This document shows, one piece after another, positions 1 through 15,000 of a stretch of DNA of 64,000 nucleotides. The notes under the pieces are model-generated. The model had not been told where the DNA came from, searched no databases, and saw nothing but the letters and a program-made list of their open reading frames with translations. The first letter of the stretch is position 1. Each line of letters starts with the position of its first letter. The stretch lies in NCBI GenBank assembly GCA_964016885.1, contig OZ024743.1, forward strand, positions 10,726,001 through 10,790,000. The letters run 5' to 3'. This stretch comes from Eledone cirrhosa. Taxonomy: Eukaryota. The translations under genes and the position numbers were made by a program.

Positions 1-3000
1 GTGGTTTGGGGTTGTTTCAACAGGTATAAATAAGATGGTGGTTTGGTGTTCTTTCAACAGGTATAAATAAAGTTGTGATTTGCTGTTGTTTCAACAGGTA
101 TAAATTTGGTGATGGTTTGGTGTTATTTCAACAGGTATAAATAAGGTGGTGGTCTGGTGTTGTTTTAACAGGTATAAATTTGGTGATGGTTTGGTGTTGT
201 TTCAACAGGTATAAAGAAGGTGGTGGTTTGGTTTTATTTCAACAGGTATAAATAAAGTGGTGGTTTGGTGTTATTTCAACAGGTATAAATCTGGTGGTGG
301 TTTGGTGTTGTTTCAAAACGTATAAATAAGGTGGTTGTTTGGTTTTGTTTCAGCAGGTATAAATAAGGTGGTGGTTTGGTGTTTTTTCAACAGGTATAAA
401 TTTGGTGGTGGTTTGGGTTGTTTCAACAGGTATAAATGAGGTGGTGGTTTGGTGTTGTTTCAACAGGTATAAATGAGGTGGTGGTTTGGTGTTGTTTCAA
501 CAGGTAGAAATGAGGTGGTGGTTTGGTGTTGTTTTAACAGGTATAAATTTGGTGATGGTTTGGTGTTGTTTCAACAGGTATAAAGAAGGTGGTGGTTTGG
601 TTTTATTTCAACAGGTATAAATAAAGTGATGGTTTGGTTTATTTCAACAGGAATAAATAAGGTGGTGGTTTGGTGTTGTTTCAACAGGTATAAATAAGGT
701 GGTGGTTTGGTGTTATTTCAACAGGTATAAATATGGTGATGGTTTGGTGTTGTTTCAACAGGTATAAACTTTGTGGTGGTTTGGTGTTGTTTCAACAGGT
801 ATAAATGAGGTGGTGATTTGGTGTTGTTTCAACAGGTATATATTTGGTGATGGTTTGGTGTTATTTCAATAGTTATAAATAAGGTGGTGGTTTGGGTTGT
901 TTCAAAAGGTAAAAATGAGGTGGTGGCTTGGTGTTGTTTCAGCAGGTATAAATAAGGTGGTGGTTTGGTGTTGTTTCAAAAGGTATAAATTTGGTGATGT
1001 TTTGGTGTTATTTCAACAGGTATAAATATGGTGGTGGTTTGGTGTTGTTTTAACAGGTATAAATAAAGTGATGGTTTGGGTTGTTTCAACAGGTATAAAG
1101 AAGGTGGTGGTTTGGTGCTGTTTCAACAGGTATAAACTTTGTGGTGGTTTGGTGTTGTTTCAACAGGTATAAATGAGGTGGTGATTTGGTGTTGTTTCAA
1201 CAGGTATATATTTGGTGATGGTTTGGTGTTATTTCAATAGTTATAAATAAGGTGGTGGTTTGGGTTGTTTCAAAAGGTAAAAATGAGGTGGTGGCTTGGT
1301 GTTGTTTCAGCAGGTATAAATAAGGTGGTGGTTTGGTGTTGTTTCAGCAGGTATAAATTTGGTGGTGGTTTGGGTTGTTTCAACAGGTATAAATGAGGTG
1401 GTGGTTTGGTGTTGTTTCAACAGGTATAAATGAAGTGGTGATTTGGTGTTGTTTCAGCAGGTATAAATAAGGTGGAGGTTTGGTGTTATTTCAACAGGTA
1501 TAAATAAAGTGATGGTTTGGGTTATTTCAACAGGTATAAATAAGGTTGGTGGTTTGGTGTTGTTTCAACAGGTATAAATAAGGTAGTAGTTTGGTGTTAT
1601 TTCAACAGGTATAAATAAGGTGGTGGTTTGGAGTTGTTTAAACGGGTATAGATAAAGTGGTGGTTTGGTGTTGTTTCAGCAGGTATAAATAAGGTGGAGG
1701 TTTGGTGTTATTTCAACAGGTATAAATAAGGTGATGGTTTGGTGTTGTTTCAACAGGTATAAATGAGGTGGTGATTTGGTGTTGTTTCAGCAGGTATAAA
1801 TAAATTGGTGGTTTGGTGTTATTTCAACAGGTATAAAGAAGGTAGTGGTTTGGTGTTATTTCAACAGGTATAAATTTGGTGGTGGTTTGCTGTTGTTTCA
1901 ACAGGTATAAATGAGGTGGTGATTTGGTGTTGTTTCAACAGGTATAAATAAGGTGGTGGTTTGGGTTATTTCAACAGGTATAAAGAATGTGGTGGTTTGG
2001 GTTGTTTCAACAGGTATAAATGAGGTGTTTGTTTGGTGTTGTTTTAACAGGTATAAATTTGGTGATGGTTTGGTGTTGTTTCCACAGGTATAAATAAGGT
2101 GGTGGTTTGGTGTTGTTTCAACAGGTAGAAATGAGGTGGTGATTGGGTGTTGTTTCAACAGGTATAAATAAGGTGGTGGTTTGGTGTTGTTTCAACAGGT
2201 AGAAATGAGGTGGTGGTTTGGTGTTGTTTTAACAGGTATAAATTTGGTGGTGGTTTGGTGTTGTTTCAACAGTTATAAATGAGGTGGTGGTTTGGTGTTG
2301 TTTCAACAGGTATAAAGAAGGTGGTGGCTTGGTGTTGTTTCAACAGGTATAATTGAGGTGCTGGTTTGGTGTTATTTCAACAGAGTATAAATATGATGGT
2401 GGTTTGGGGTTGTTTCAACAGGTATAAATAAGATGGTGGTTTGGGGTTGTTTCAACAAGTATATATTTGGTGGTGTTTTGGTGTTGTTTCAACAGGTATA
2501 AATGAGGTGGTGGTTTGGTGTTGTTTCAACAGGTATAAATAAGGTGGTGGTTTGGTGTTCTTTCAACAGGTATAAATAAGGTTGTGATTTGCTGTTGTTT
2601 CAACAGGTATAAATTTCGGTGATGGTTTGGTGTTATTTCAACAGGTATAAATAAGGTGGTGGTCTGGTGTTGTTTTAACAGGTATAAATTTGGTGATGGT
2701 TTGGTGTTGTTTCAACAGGTATAAAGAAGGTGGTGGTTTGGTTTTATTTCAACAGGTATAAATAAAGTGGTGGTTTGGTGTTATTTCAACAGGTATAAAT
2801 CTGGTGGTGGTTTGGTGTTGTTTCAAAACGTATAAATAAGGTGGTTGTTTGGTTTTGTTTCAGCAGGTATAAATAAGGTGGTGGTTTGGTGTTTTTTCAA
2901 CAGGTATAAATTTGGTGGTGGTTTGGGTTGTTTCAACAGGTATAAATGAGGTGGTGGTTTGGTGTTGTTTCAACAGGTATAAATGAGGTGGTGGTTTGGT

Positions 3001-6000
3001 GTTGTTTCAACAGGTTGAAATGAGGTGGTGGTTTGGTGTTGTTTTAACAGGTATAAATTTGGTGATGGTTTGGTGTTGTTTCAACAGGTATAAAGAAGGT
3101 GGTGGTTTGGTTTTATTTCAACAGGTATAAATAAAGTGATGGTTTGGTTTATTTCAACAGGTATAAATAAGGTGGTGGTTTGGTGTTGTTTCAACAGGTA
3201 TAAATAAGGTGGTGGTTTGGTGTTATTTCAACAGGTATAAATATGGTGATGGTTTGGTGTTGTTTCAACAGGTATAAACTTTGTGGTGGTTTGGTGTTGT
3301 TTCAACAGGTATAAATGAGGTGGTGATTTGGTGTTGTTTCAACAGGTATATATTTGGTGATGGTTTGGTGTTATTTCAATAGTTATAAATAAGGTGGTGG
3401 TTTGGGTTGTTTCAAAAGGTAAAAATGAGGTGGTGGCTTGGTGTTGTTTCAGCAGGTATAAATAAGGTGGTGGTTTGGTGTTGTTTCAACAGGTATAAAT
3501 TTGGTGATGTTTTGGTGTTATTTCAACAGGTATAAATATGGTGGTGGTTTGGTGTTGTTTTAACAGGTATAAATAAAGTGATGGTTTGGGTTGTTTCAAC
3601 AGGTATAAAGAAGGTGGTGGTTTGGTGCTGTTTCAACAGGTATAAATTTGCTGATGGTTTGGTGTTGTTTCAACAGGTATAAATTTTGTGGTGGTTTGGT
3701 GTTGTTTCAACAGGTATAAATTTGGTGATGGTTTGGTGTTATTTTAACAGGTATAAATAAGGTGGTGGTTTGGGTTGTTTCAAAAGGTATAAATAAGGTG
3801 GTCGTTTGGGTTGTTTCAAACAGTATAAATAAGGTGGTGGTTTGGTGTTGTTTCAACAGGTATAAATAAGGTGGTGGTTTGGTGTTGTTTTAACAGGTAT
3901 AAACTTGGTGGTGGTTTGGTGTTATTTGAATAGGTATAAATAAGGTGGTGGTTTGGGTTGTTTCAAAAGGTATGAATGAGGTGGTGGCTTGGTCTTTTTT
4001 CAACAGGTATAACTGAGGTGGTGGTTTGGTGTTGTTTCAACAGGTATAAATTTGGTGATGGTTTGGTGTTATTTGAATAGGTATAAATGAGGTGGTGGTT
4101 TGGTCTTTTTTCAACAGGTATAAATGAGGTGGTGGTTTGGTGTTGTTTCAACAGGTATAAATTTGGTGATGGTTTGGTGTTATTTGAATAGGTATGAATG
4201 AGGTGGTGGGTTGGTCTTTTTTCAACAGGTATAAATGAGGTGGTGGTTTGGTGTTGTTTCAACAGGTATAAATAATGTGGTGGTTAGGTGTTGTTTCAAC
4301 AGGTATAAAGAAGGTTGTGATTTGCTTTTCTTTCAACAGGTATAAATGAGGTGGTGGTTTAGTGTTGTTTCAACAGGTATAAATTTCGGTGATGGTTTGG
4401 TGTTTTTTCAACAGGTATAAAGAAGGTGGTGGTTTGGTGTTGTTTTAACAGGTATAAATTTGGTGATGGTTTGGTGTTGTTTCAACAGGTATAAATAAGG
4501 TGGTGGTTTGGTTTTATTTCAACAGGTATAAATAAAGTGGTGGTTTGGGTTGTTTCAACAGGTATAAATGAGGTGGTGGTTTGGTGTTGTTTCAACAGGT
4601 ATAAATAAAGTGGTGATTTGGTGTTGTTTCAGCAGGTATAAATAAGGTGGAGGTTTGGTGTTATTTCAACAGGTATAAATAAAGTGATGTTTTGGGTTAT
4701 TTCAACAGGTATAAATAAGGTGGTGGTTTGGTGTTGTTTCAACAGGTATAAATTTGGTGATGGTTTGGTGTTGTTTCAACAGGTATAAATAAGGTGGTGG
4801 TTTGGTGTTATTTCAACAGGTATAAATAAGGTGGTGGTTTGGTGTTGTTTAAACGGGTATAGATAAAGTGGTGGTTTGGTGTTGTTTCAGCAGGTATAAA
4901 TAAGGTGGAGGTTTGGTGTTATTTCAACAGGTATAAATAAGGTGGTGATTTGGTGTTGTTTCAGCAGGTATAAAGAAGGTGGTGATTTGGTGTTTTTTCA
5001 GCAGGTATAAAGAAGGTGGTGGTTTGGTGTTATTTCAACAGGTATTAATTTGGTGGTGTTTTGCTGTTGTTTCAACAGGTATAAATGAGGTGGTGATTTG
5101 GTGTTGTTACAACAGGTATAAATAAGGTGGTGGTTTGGGTTGTTTCAACAGGTATAAAGAAGGTGGTGGTTTGGGTTGTTTCAACAGGTATAAATGAGGT
5201 GGTGGTTTGGTGTTGTTTTAACAGGTATAAATTTGGTGATGGTTTGGTGTTGTTTCAACAAGTATATATTTGGTGGTGTTTTGGTGTTGTTTCAACAGGT
5301 ATAAATGAGGTGGTGGTTTGGTGTTGTTTCAACAGGTATAAATAAGGTGGTGGTTTGGTGTTGTTTCAACGGGTATAAATAAGGTTGTGATTTGCTGTTG
5401 TTTCAACAGGTATAAATGAGGTGGTGGTTTGGTGTTGTTTCAACAGGTATAAGTTTCGGTGATGGTTTGGTGTTATTTCAACAGGTATAAATAAGGTGGT
5501 GGTTTGGTGTTGTTTCAACAGGTATAAATAAGGTGTTGGTTTGGTTTTATTTCAACAGGTATAAATAAAGTGGTGGTTTAGTGTTGTTTCAAAAGGTATA
5601 AATAAGGTGGTGGTTTGGTTTTATTTCAGCAGGTATAAATAAGGTGGTGGTTTGGTGTTGTTTCAAAAGGTATAAATAAGGTGGTGGTTTGGTGTTGTTT
5701 CAAAACGTATAAATAAGGTGGTGGTTTGGTTTTGTTTCAGCAGGTATAAATAAGGTGGTGGTTTGGTGTTATTTCAACAGGTATAAATTTGCTGGTGGTT
5801 TGGGTTGTTTCAACATGTATAAATGAGGTGGTGGTTTGGTGTTGTTTCAACAGGTATAAATGAGGTGGTGGTTTGGTGTTGTTTTAACAGGTATAAATTT
5901 GGTGATGGTTTGGTGTTGTTTCAACAGGTATAAAGAAGGTGGTGGTTTGGTTTTATTTCAACAGGTATAAACAAAGTGATGGTTTGGTTTATTTCAAAAG

Positions 6001-9000
6001 GTATAAATAAGGTGGTGGTTTGGTGTTATTTCAACAGGTATAAATAAGGTGATGGTTTGGTGTTGTTTCAACAGGTATAAACTTTGTGGTAGTTTGGTGT
6101 TGTTTCAACAGGTGTAAATAAGGGGTGGTTTGGTGTTGTTTCAACAGGCATAAATTTGGTGATGGTTTGGTGTTATTTCAACAGGTATAAATAAGGTGGT
6201 GGTTTGGTGTTGTTTTAACAGGTATAAATAAAGTGATGGTTTGGGTTGTTTCAACAGGTATAAAGAAGGTGGTGGCTTGGTGCTGTTTCAACAGGTATAA
6301 ATTTGGTGATGGTTTGGTGTTATTTTAACAGGTATAAATAAGGTGGTGGTTTGGGTTGCTCCAAAAGGTATAAATAAGGTGGTGGTTTGGGTTGTTTCAA
6401 ACGGTATAAATAAGGTGGTGGTTTAGTGTTGTTTCAACAGGTATAAATGAGGTGGTGGTTTGGGTTGTTTCAAAAGGTATGAATGAGGTGGTGGCTTGGT
6501 CTTTTTTCAACAGGTATAAATGAGGTGGTGATTTGGTGTTGTTTCAACAGGTATAAATAAGGTGGTGGTTTGGTGTTGTTTCAACAGGTATATATAAGGT
6601 TGTGATTTGCTGTTGTTTCAACAGGTATAAATGAGGTGGTGTTTTGGTGTTGTTTCAACAGGTATAAATTTGGTGATGGTTTGGTATTGTTTCAATAGGT
6701 ATAAATAAGGTGGTGGTTTGGTTTTATTTCAACAGGTATAAATAAAGTGGTGGTTTGGTGTTGTTTCAGCAGGTATAAATAAGGTGGTGGTTTGGTGTAA
6801 TTTCAACAGGTATAAATTTGGTGGTGGTTTGGTGTTGTTTCAAAACGTATAAATAAGGTGGTGGTCTGGTTTTGTTTCAGCAGGTATAAATAAGGTGGTG
6901 GTTTGGTGTTATTTCAACAGGTATAAATTTGGTGGTGGTTTGGGTTGTTTCAACAGGTATAAATGAGGTGGTGGTTTGGTGTTGTTTCAACAGGTATAAA
7001 TGAGGTGGTGGTTTGGTGTTGTTTCAACAGGTAGAAATGAGGTGGTGGTTTGGTGTTGTTTTAACAGGTATAAATTTGGTGATGATTTGGTGTTGTTTCA
7101 ACAGGTATAAAGAAGGTGGTGGTTTGGTTTTATTTCAACAGGTATCAATAAAGTGATGGTTTGGTTTATTTCAACAGGTATAAATAAGGTGGTGGTTTGG
7201 TGTTGTTTCAACAGGTATAAATAAGGTGGTGGTTTGGTGTTATTTCAACAGGTATAAATGAGGTGGTGGTTTGGTGTTGTTTCAACAGGTATAAATGAGG
7301 TGGTGGTTTGGTGTTGTTTTAACAGGTATAAATTTGGTGATGCTTTGGTGTTGTTTCAACAGGTATAAATAAGGTGGTGGTTTGGTGTTATTTCAACAGA
7401 TATAAATAAGGTGATGGTTTGGTGTTGTTTCAACTGGTATATACTTTGTGGTGGTTTGGTGTTGTTTCAACAGGTATAAATGAGGTGGTGATTTGGTGTT
7501 GTTTCAACAGGTATATATTTGGTGATGGTTTGGTGTTATTTCAATAGTTATAAATAAGGTGGTGGTTTGGGTTGTTTCAAAAGGTATGAATGAGGTGGTG
7601 GCTTGGTGTTGTTTCAACAGGTATAAATAAGGTGGTGGTTTGGTGTTGTTTCAACAGGTATAAATTTGGTGATGGTTTGGTGTTATTTCAACAGGTATAA
7701 ATAAGGTGGTGGTTTGGTGTTGTTTTAACAGGTATAAATAAAGTGATGGTTTGGGTTGTTTCAACAGGTATAAAGAAGGTGGTGGTTTGGTGCTGTTTCA
7801 ACAGGTATAAATTTGGTGATGGCTTGGTGTTGTTTCAACAGGTATAAACTTTATGGTGGTTTGGTGTTGTTTCAACAGGTATAAATTTGGTGATGGTTTG
7901 GTGTTATTTTAACAGGTATAAATAAGGTGGTGATTTGGGTTGTTTCAAAAGGAATAAATAAGGTAGTGGTTTGGGTTGTTTCAAACGGTATAAATAAGGT
8001 GGTGGTTTGGTGTTGTTTTAACAGGTATAAATTTGGTGATGGTTTGGTGTTATTTGAATAGGTATAAATAAGGTGGTGGTTTGGGTTGTTTCAAAAGGTA
8101 TGAATGAGGTGGTGGCTTGGTCTTTTTTCAACAGGTATAAATGAGGTGGTGGTTTGGTGTTGTTTCAACAGGTATAAATAAGGTGGTGGCTTGGTGTTGT
8201 TTCAGCAGGTATAAATAAGGTGGTGGTTTGGTGTTGTTTCAACAGGTATAAATTTGGTGATGTTTTGGTGTTATTTCAACAGGTATAAATATGGTGGTGG
8301 TTTGGTGTTGTTTTAACAGGTATAAATAAAGTGATGGTTTGGGTTGTTTCAACAGGTATAAAGAAGGTGGTGATTTGGTGCTGTTTCAACAGGTATAAAT
8401 TTGGTGATGGTTTGGTGTTGTTTCAACAGGTATAAACTTTGTGGTGGTTTGGTGTTGTTTCAACAGGTATAAATTTGGTGATGGTTTGGTGTTATTTTAA
8501 CAGGTATAAATAAGGTGGTGGTTTGGGTTGTTTCAAAAGGTATAAATAAGGTGGTGGTTTGGTGTTGTTTCAACAGGTATAAATAAGGTTGTGATTTGCT
8601 GTTGTTTCAACAGGTATAAATGAGGTGGTGGTTTGGTGTTGTTTCAACAGGTATAAATTTTGGTGATGGTTTAGTGTAGTTTCAACAGGTATAAATTTGG
8701 TGATGGTTTGGTGTTGTTTCAACAGGTATAAATAAGGTGGTGGTTTGGTGTTATTTCAACAGGTATAAAGAAGGTGGTGGTTTGGTGTTGTTTTAACAGG
8801 TATAAATTTGGTGATGGTTTGGTGTTGTTTCAACAGGTATAAATAAGGTGGTGGTTTGGTTTTATTTCAACAGGTATAAATAAAGTGGTGGTTTGGTGTT
8901 GTTTCAAAAGGTATAAATAAGGTGGTGGTTTGGTTTTGTTTCAGCAGGTATAAATAAGGTGGTGGTTTGGTGTTATTTCAACAGGTATAAATTTGGTGGT

Positions 9001-12000
9001 AGTTTGGTGTTGTTTCAAAACGTATAAATAAGGTGGTGTTTTGGTTTTGTTTCAGCAGGTATAAATAAGGTGGTGGTTTGGTGTTATTTCAACAGGTATA
9101 AATTTGGTGGTGGTTTGGGTTGTTTCAACAGGTATAAACGAGGTGGTGGTTTGGTGTTGTTTCAACAGGTATAAATGAGATGGTGGTTTGGTGTTGTTTC
9201 AACAGGTAGAAATGAGGTGTTGGTTTGGTGTTGTTTTAACAGGTATAAATTTGGTGATGGTTTGGTGTTGTTTTAACAGGTATAAAGAAGGTGGTGGTTT
9301 GGTTTTATTTCAACAGGTATAAATAAAGTGATGGTTTGGTTTATTTCAACAGGTATAAATAAGGTGGTGGTTTGGTGTTGTTTCAACAGGTATAAACAAG
9401 GTGGTGGTTTGGTGTTATTTCAACAGGTATAAATAAGGTGGTGGTTTGGTTTTGTTTCAACAGGTATAAACTTTGTGGTGGTTTGGTGTTGTTTCAACAG
9501 GTATAAATGAGGTGGTGATTTGGTGTTGTTTCAACAGGTATATATTTGGTGATGGTTTGGTGTTATTTCAATAGTTATAAATAAGGTGGTGGTTTGGGTT
9601 GTTTCAAAAGGTATGAATGAGGTGGTGGCTTGGTGTTGTTTCAGCAGGTATAAATAAGGTGGTGGTTTGGTGTTGTTTCAACAGGTATAAATTTGGTGAT
9701 GTTTTGGTGTTATTTCAACAGGTATAAATATGGTGGTGGTTTGGTGTTGTTTTAACAGGTATAAATAAAGTGATGGTTTGGGTTGTTTCAACAGGTATAA
9801 AGAAGGTGGTGATTTGGTGCTGTTTCAACAGGTATAAATTTGGTGATGGTTTGGTGTTGTTTCAACAGGTATAAACTTTGTGGTGGTTTGGTGTTGTTTC
9901 AACAGGTATAAATTTGGTGATGGTTTGGTGTTATTTTAACAGGTATAAATAAGGTGGTGGTTTGGGTTGTTTCAAACGGTATAAATAAGGTGGTGGTTTG
10001 GTGTTGTTTCAACAGGTATAAATAAGGTGGTGGTTTGGTGTTGTTTTAACAGGTATAAATTTGGTGATGGTTTGGTGTTATTTGAATAGGTATAAATAAG
10101 GTGGTGGTTTGGGTTGTTTCAAAAGGTATGAATGAGGTGGTGGCTTGGTCTTTTTTCAACAGGTATAAATGAGGTGGTGGTTTGGTTTTGTTTCAACAGG
10201 TATAAATTTGGTGATGGTTTGGTGTTATTTGAATAGGTATAAATAAGGTGGTGGTTTGGGTTGTTGCAAAAGGTATGAATGACGTGATGTCTTGGTCTTT
10301 TTTCAACAGGTATAAATGAGGTGGTAGTTTGGTGTTGTTTCAACAGGTATAAATGAGGTGGTGATTTGGTGTTGTTTCAACAGGTATATATTTGGTGATT
10401 TTTTGGTGTTGTTTCAACAGGTATAAATAAGGTGATGGTTTGGTGTTGTTTCAACAGGTATAAATTTGGTGATGGTTTGGTGTTGTTTCAACAGGTATAA
10501 ATGAGGTGGTGGTTTGGTGTTGTTTCAACCGGTATAAACTTTGTGGTGGTTTGGTCTTGTTTCAACAGGTATAAATGAGGTGGTGGTTTGGTTTTTTTTC
10601 AACAGGTATAAATGAGGTGGTGGTTTGGGGCTGTTTCAACAGGGATAAATGTGTTGATGGTTTGGTGTTTTTTCAACAGGTATAAATTTGGTGATGTTTT
10701 GGTGTTGTTTCAACAGGTATAAAGAGGGTGGTGGTTTGGTGTTGTTTCAACAGGTATAAAGAGGGTGGTGGTTTGGTGTTGTTTCAACAGGTATAAATGA
10801 GGTGCTGGTTTGGTATTATTTCAACAGAGTATAAATAAGATGGTGATTTGGGGTTGTTTCAACAGGTATAAAGAAGGTGGTGGTTTGGTGTTGTTTCAAC
10901 AGGTATAAATGAGGTGGTGGTTTGGTGTTGTTTCAACAGGTATAAACGAGGTGGTGGTTTGGTGTTGTTTCAACAGGTATAAATGAGGTGGTGGTTTGGT
11001 GTTGTTTCAACAGGTATAAATTTGGTGATGATTTGGTGTTATTTCAACAGGTATAAATAAGGTGATGGTTTGGTGTTGTTTCAACAGGTATAAATGAGGT
11101 GGTGGTTTGGTGTTGTTTCAACAGGTATAAACGAGGTGGTGGTTTGGTGTTGTTTCAACAGGTATAAATGAGGTGGTGGTTTGGTGTTGTTTCAACAGGT
11201 ATAAATTTGGTGATGATTTGGTGTTATTTCAACAGGTATAAATAAGGTGGTGGTTTGGTGTTGTTTCAACAGGTATAAAGGAGGTGGTGGTTTGGTGTTG
11301 TTTCAACAGGTATAAACGAGGTGGTGGTTTGGTGTTGTTTCAGCAGGTATAAATAAGGTGGTGATTTGGTGTTGTTTAAACAGGTATAAATAAGGTGGTG
11401 GTTTGGTGTTGTTTAAACAGGTATAAATAAGGTGGTGGTTTGGTGTTGTTTCAACAGGTATAAATAAGGTGGTGTTTTGGTGTTATTTCAACAGGTATAA
11501 ATTTGGTGGTGGTTTGCTGTTGTTTCAACAGGTATAAATAAGGTGGTGGTTTGTGTTGTTTCAACAGGTATAAATGAGGTGGTGATTTGGTGTTGTTTCA
11601 ACAGGTACAAATAAGGTGGTGGTTTGGTGTTGTTTCAACAGGTATAAATGAGGTGGTGGTTTTGTGTTGTTTCAACAGGTATAAATGAGGTGGTGGTTTG
11701 GTGTTGTTTTAACAGGTATAAATTTGGTGATGGTTTGGTGTTGTTTCAACAGGTATAAATAAGGTGGTGGTTTGGTTTTATTTCAACAGGTATAAATATA
11801 GTGGTGGTTTGGTGTTGTTTCAAAAGGTATAAATAAGGTGGTGTTTTGGTGTTATTTCAACAGGTATAAATTTGGTGATGATTTGCTGTTGTTTCAACAG
11901 GTATAAATAAGGTGGGGGTTTGGGTTGTTTCAACAGGTATAAATGAGGTGGTGATTTGGTGTTGTTTCAACTGGTACAAATAAGATGGTAGTTTGGTGTT

Positions 12001-15000
12001 GTTTCAACAGGTATAAATGAGGTGGTGATTTGGTGTTGTTTCAACAGGTATATATTTGGTGATGGTTTGGTGTTGTTTCAACAGGTATAAATAAGGTGAT
12101 GGTTTGGTGTTGTTTCAACAGGTATAAATTTGGTGATGTTTTGGTGTTGTTTCAACAGGTATAAATGAGGTGGTGGTTTGGTGTTGTTTCAACCGGTATA
12201 AACTTTGTGGTGGTTTGGTCTTCTTTCAACAGGTATAAATGAGGTGGTGGTTTGGTTTTGTTTCAACAGGTATAAATGAGGTGGTGGTTTGGGGCTGTTT
12301 CAACAGGGATAAATGTGTTGATGGTTTGGTGTTTTTTCAACAGGTATAAATTTGGTGATGGTTTGGTGTTTTTTCAACAGGTATACATTTGGCGATAGTT
12401 TGGTGTTGTTTCAACAGGTATAAATGAGGTGGTGGTTTGGTGTTGTTTCAACAGGTATAAAGAGGGTGGTGGTTTGGTGTTGTTTCAACAGGTATAAATG
12501 AGGTGCTGGTTTGGTATTATTTCAACAGAGTATAAATAAGATGGTGATTTGGGGTTGTTTCAACAGGTATAAAGAAGGTGGTGGTTTGGTGTTGTTTCAA
12601 CAGGTATAAATGAGGTGGTGGTTTGGTGTTGTTTCAACAGGTATAAACGAGGTGGTGGTTTGGTGTTGTTTCAACAGGTATAAATGAGGTGGTGGTTTGG
12701 TGTTGTTTCAACAGGTATAAATTTGTTGATGATTTGGTGTTATTTCAACAGGTATAAATGAGGTGGTGGTTTGGTGTTGTTTCAACAGGTATAAATTTGG
12801 TGATGATTTGGTGTTATTTCAACAGGTATAAATAAGGTGGTGGTTTGGTGTTGTTTCAACAGGTATAAAGGAGGTGGTGGTTTGGTGTTGTTTCAACAGG
12901 TATAAACGAGGTGGTCGTTTGGTGTTGTTTCAACAGGTATAAAGGAGGTGGTGGTTTGGTGTTGTTTCAACAGGTATAAACGAGGTGGTGGTTTGGTGTT
13001 GTTTCAGCAGGTATAAATAAGGTGGTGATTTGGTGTTGTTTAAACAGGTATAAATAAGGTGGTGGTTTGGTGTTGTTTAAACAGGTATAAATAAGGTGGT
13101 GGTTTGGTGTTGTTTCAACAGGTATAAATAAGGTGGTGTTTTGGTGTTATTTCAAAAGGTATAAATGAGGTGGTGGTTTGGTGTTGTTTTAACAGGTATA
13201 AATTTGGTGATGGTTTGGTGTTGTTTCAACAGGTATAAATAAGGTGGTGGTTTGGTTTTATTTCAACAGGTATAAATATAGTGGTGGTTTGGTGTTGTTT
13301 CAAAAGGTATAAATAAGGTGGTGTTTTGGTGTTATTTCAACAGGTATAAATTAGGTGGTGATTTGCTGTTGTTTCAACAGGTATAAATAAGGTGGGGGTT
13401 TGGGTTGTTTCAACAGGTATAAATGAGGTGGTGATTTGGTGTTGTTTCAACAGGTACAAATAAGGTGGTAGTTTGGTGTTGTTTCAACAGGTATAAATGA
13501 GGTGGTGGTTTGGTGTTGTTTCAACAGGTAGAAATGAGGTGGTGTTTTGGTGTTGTTTTAACAGGTATAAATTTGGTGATTGTTTGGTGTTGTTTCAACA
13601 GGTATAAAGAAGGTGGTGGTTTGGTTTTATTTCAACAGGTATAAATAAAGTGATGATTTGGTTTATTTCAACAGGTATAAATAAGGTGGTGGTTTGGTGT
13701 TGTTTCAACAGGTATAAATAAGGTGGTGGTTCGGTGTTATTTCAACAGGTATAAATAAGGTGGTGGTTTGGTGTTATTTCAACAGGTATAAATTTGGTGA
13801 TGGTTTGGTGTTATTTCAATAGGTATAACGAAGGTGGTGGTTTGGGTTGTTTCAAAAGGTATGAATGAGGTGGTGGGGTGTTGTTGTTTCAACAGGTATA
13901 AATTTGGTGATGGTTTGGTGTTGTTTCAAAATGTATAAATGAGGTGGTGTTTTGGTGTTGTTTCAACAGGTATAAATTTGGTGATGGTTTGGTGTTATTT
14001 CAATAGGTATAAAGAAGGTGGTGGTTTGGGTTGTTTCAAAAGGTATGAATGAGGTGGTGGGGTGTTGTTGTTTCAACAGGTATAAATTTCGTGATGGTTT
14101 GGTGTTATTTTAACAGGTATAAATAAGGTGGTGGTTTGGTGTTGTTTTAACAGGTATACAGAAAGTGATGGTTTGGGTTGTTTCAACAGGTATAAAGAAG
14201 GTGGTGGTTTGGTGCTGTTTCAACAGGTATAAATTTGGTAATGGTTTATTGTTGTTTCAACAGGTATAAACTTTGTGGTGGTTTGGTGTTGTTTCAACAG
14301 GTATAAATTTGGTGATGGTTTGGTGTTATTTTAACAGGTATAAATAAGGTGATGGTTTGGGTTGTTTCAAAATGTATAAATGAGGTGGTGGTTTGGTGTT
14401 GTTTCAACAGGTCTAAATGAGGTGGTGGTTTGGTGTTGTTTCAACAGGTATAAATTTGTTGATGGTTTGGTGTTGTTTCAACAGGTATAAAGAAGGTGGT
14501 GGTTTGGTGTTGTTTCAACAGGTTTAAATGAGGTGGTGGTTTGGTGTTGTTTCAACAGGTATAAATTTGTTGATGGTTTGGTGTTGTTTCAACAGGTATA
14601 AATTTGGTGATGGTTTGGTGTTGTTTCAACAGGTATAAATAAGGTGGTGGTTTGGTGTTGTTTCAACAGGTATAAATAAGGTGGTGGTTTGGTGTTGTTT
14701 CAACAGGTATAGATAAGGTGGTGGTTTGAGGTTGTTTCAACAGGTATAAATAAGGTGGTGGTTTGAGGTTGTTTCAACAGGTATAAATAAGGTGGTGGTT
14801 TGGGGTTGTTTCAACAGGTATAAATAAGGTGGTGGTTTGGGGTTGTTTCAACAGGTATATATTTGGTGGTGGCTTGGGGTTGTTTCAACAGTATAATTAA
14901 GGTGATGGTTTGGGGTTGTTTCAACAGGTATATATTTGGTGGTGGTTTGGTGTTGTTTCAACAGGTATAAATGAGGTGGTGGTTTGGTGTTGTTTCAACA

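Noticed and set aside
1898-10343. Mucin-like or repetitive protein encoded by satellite ORFs
   Set aside because: The 37-bp period is not a multiple of 3, and frequent indels and stops occur in all frames.
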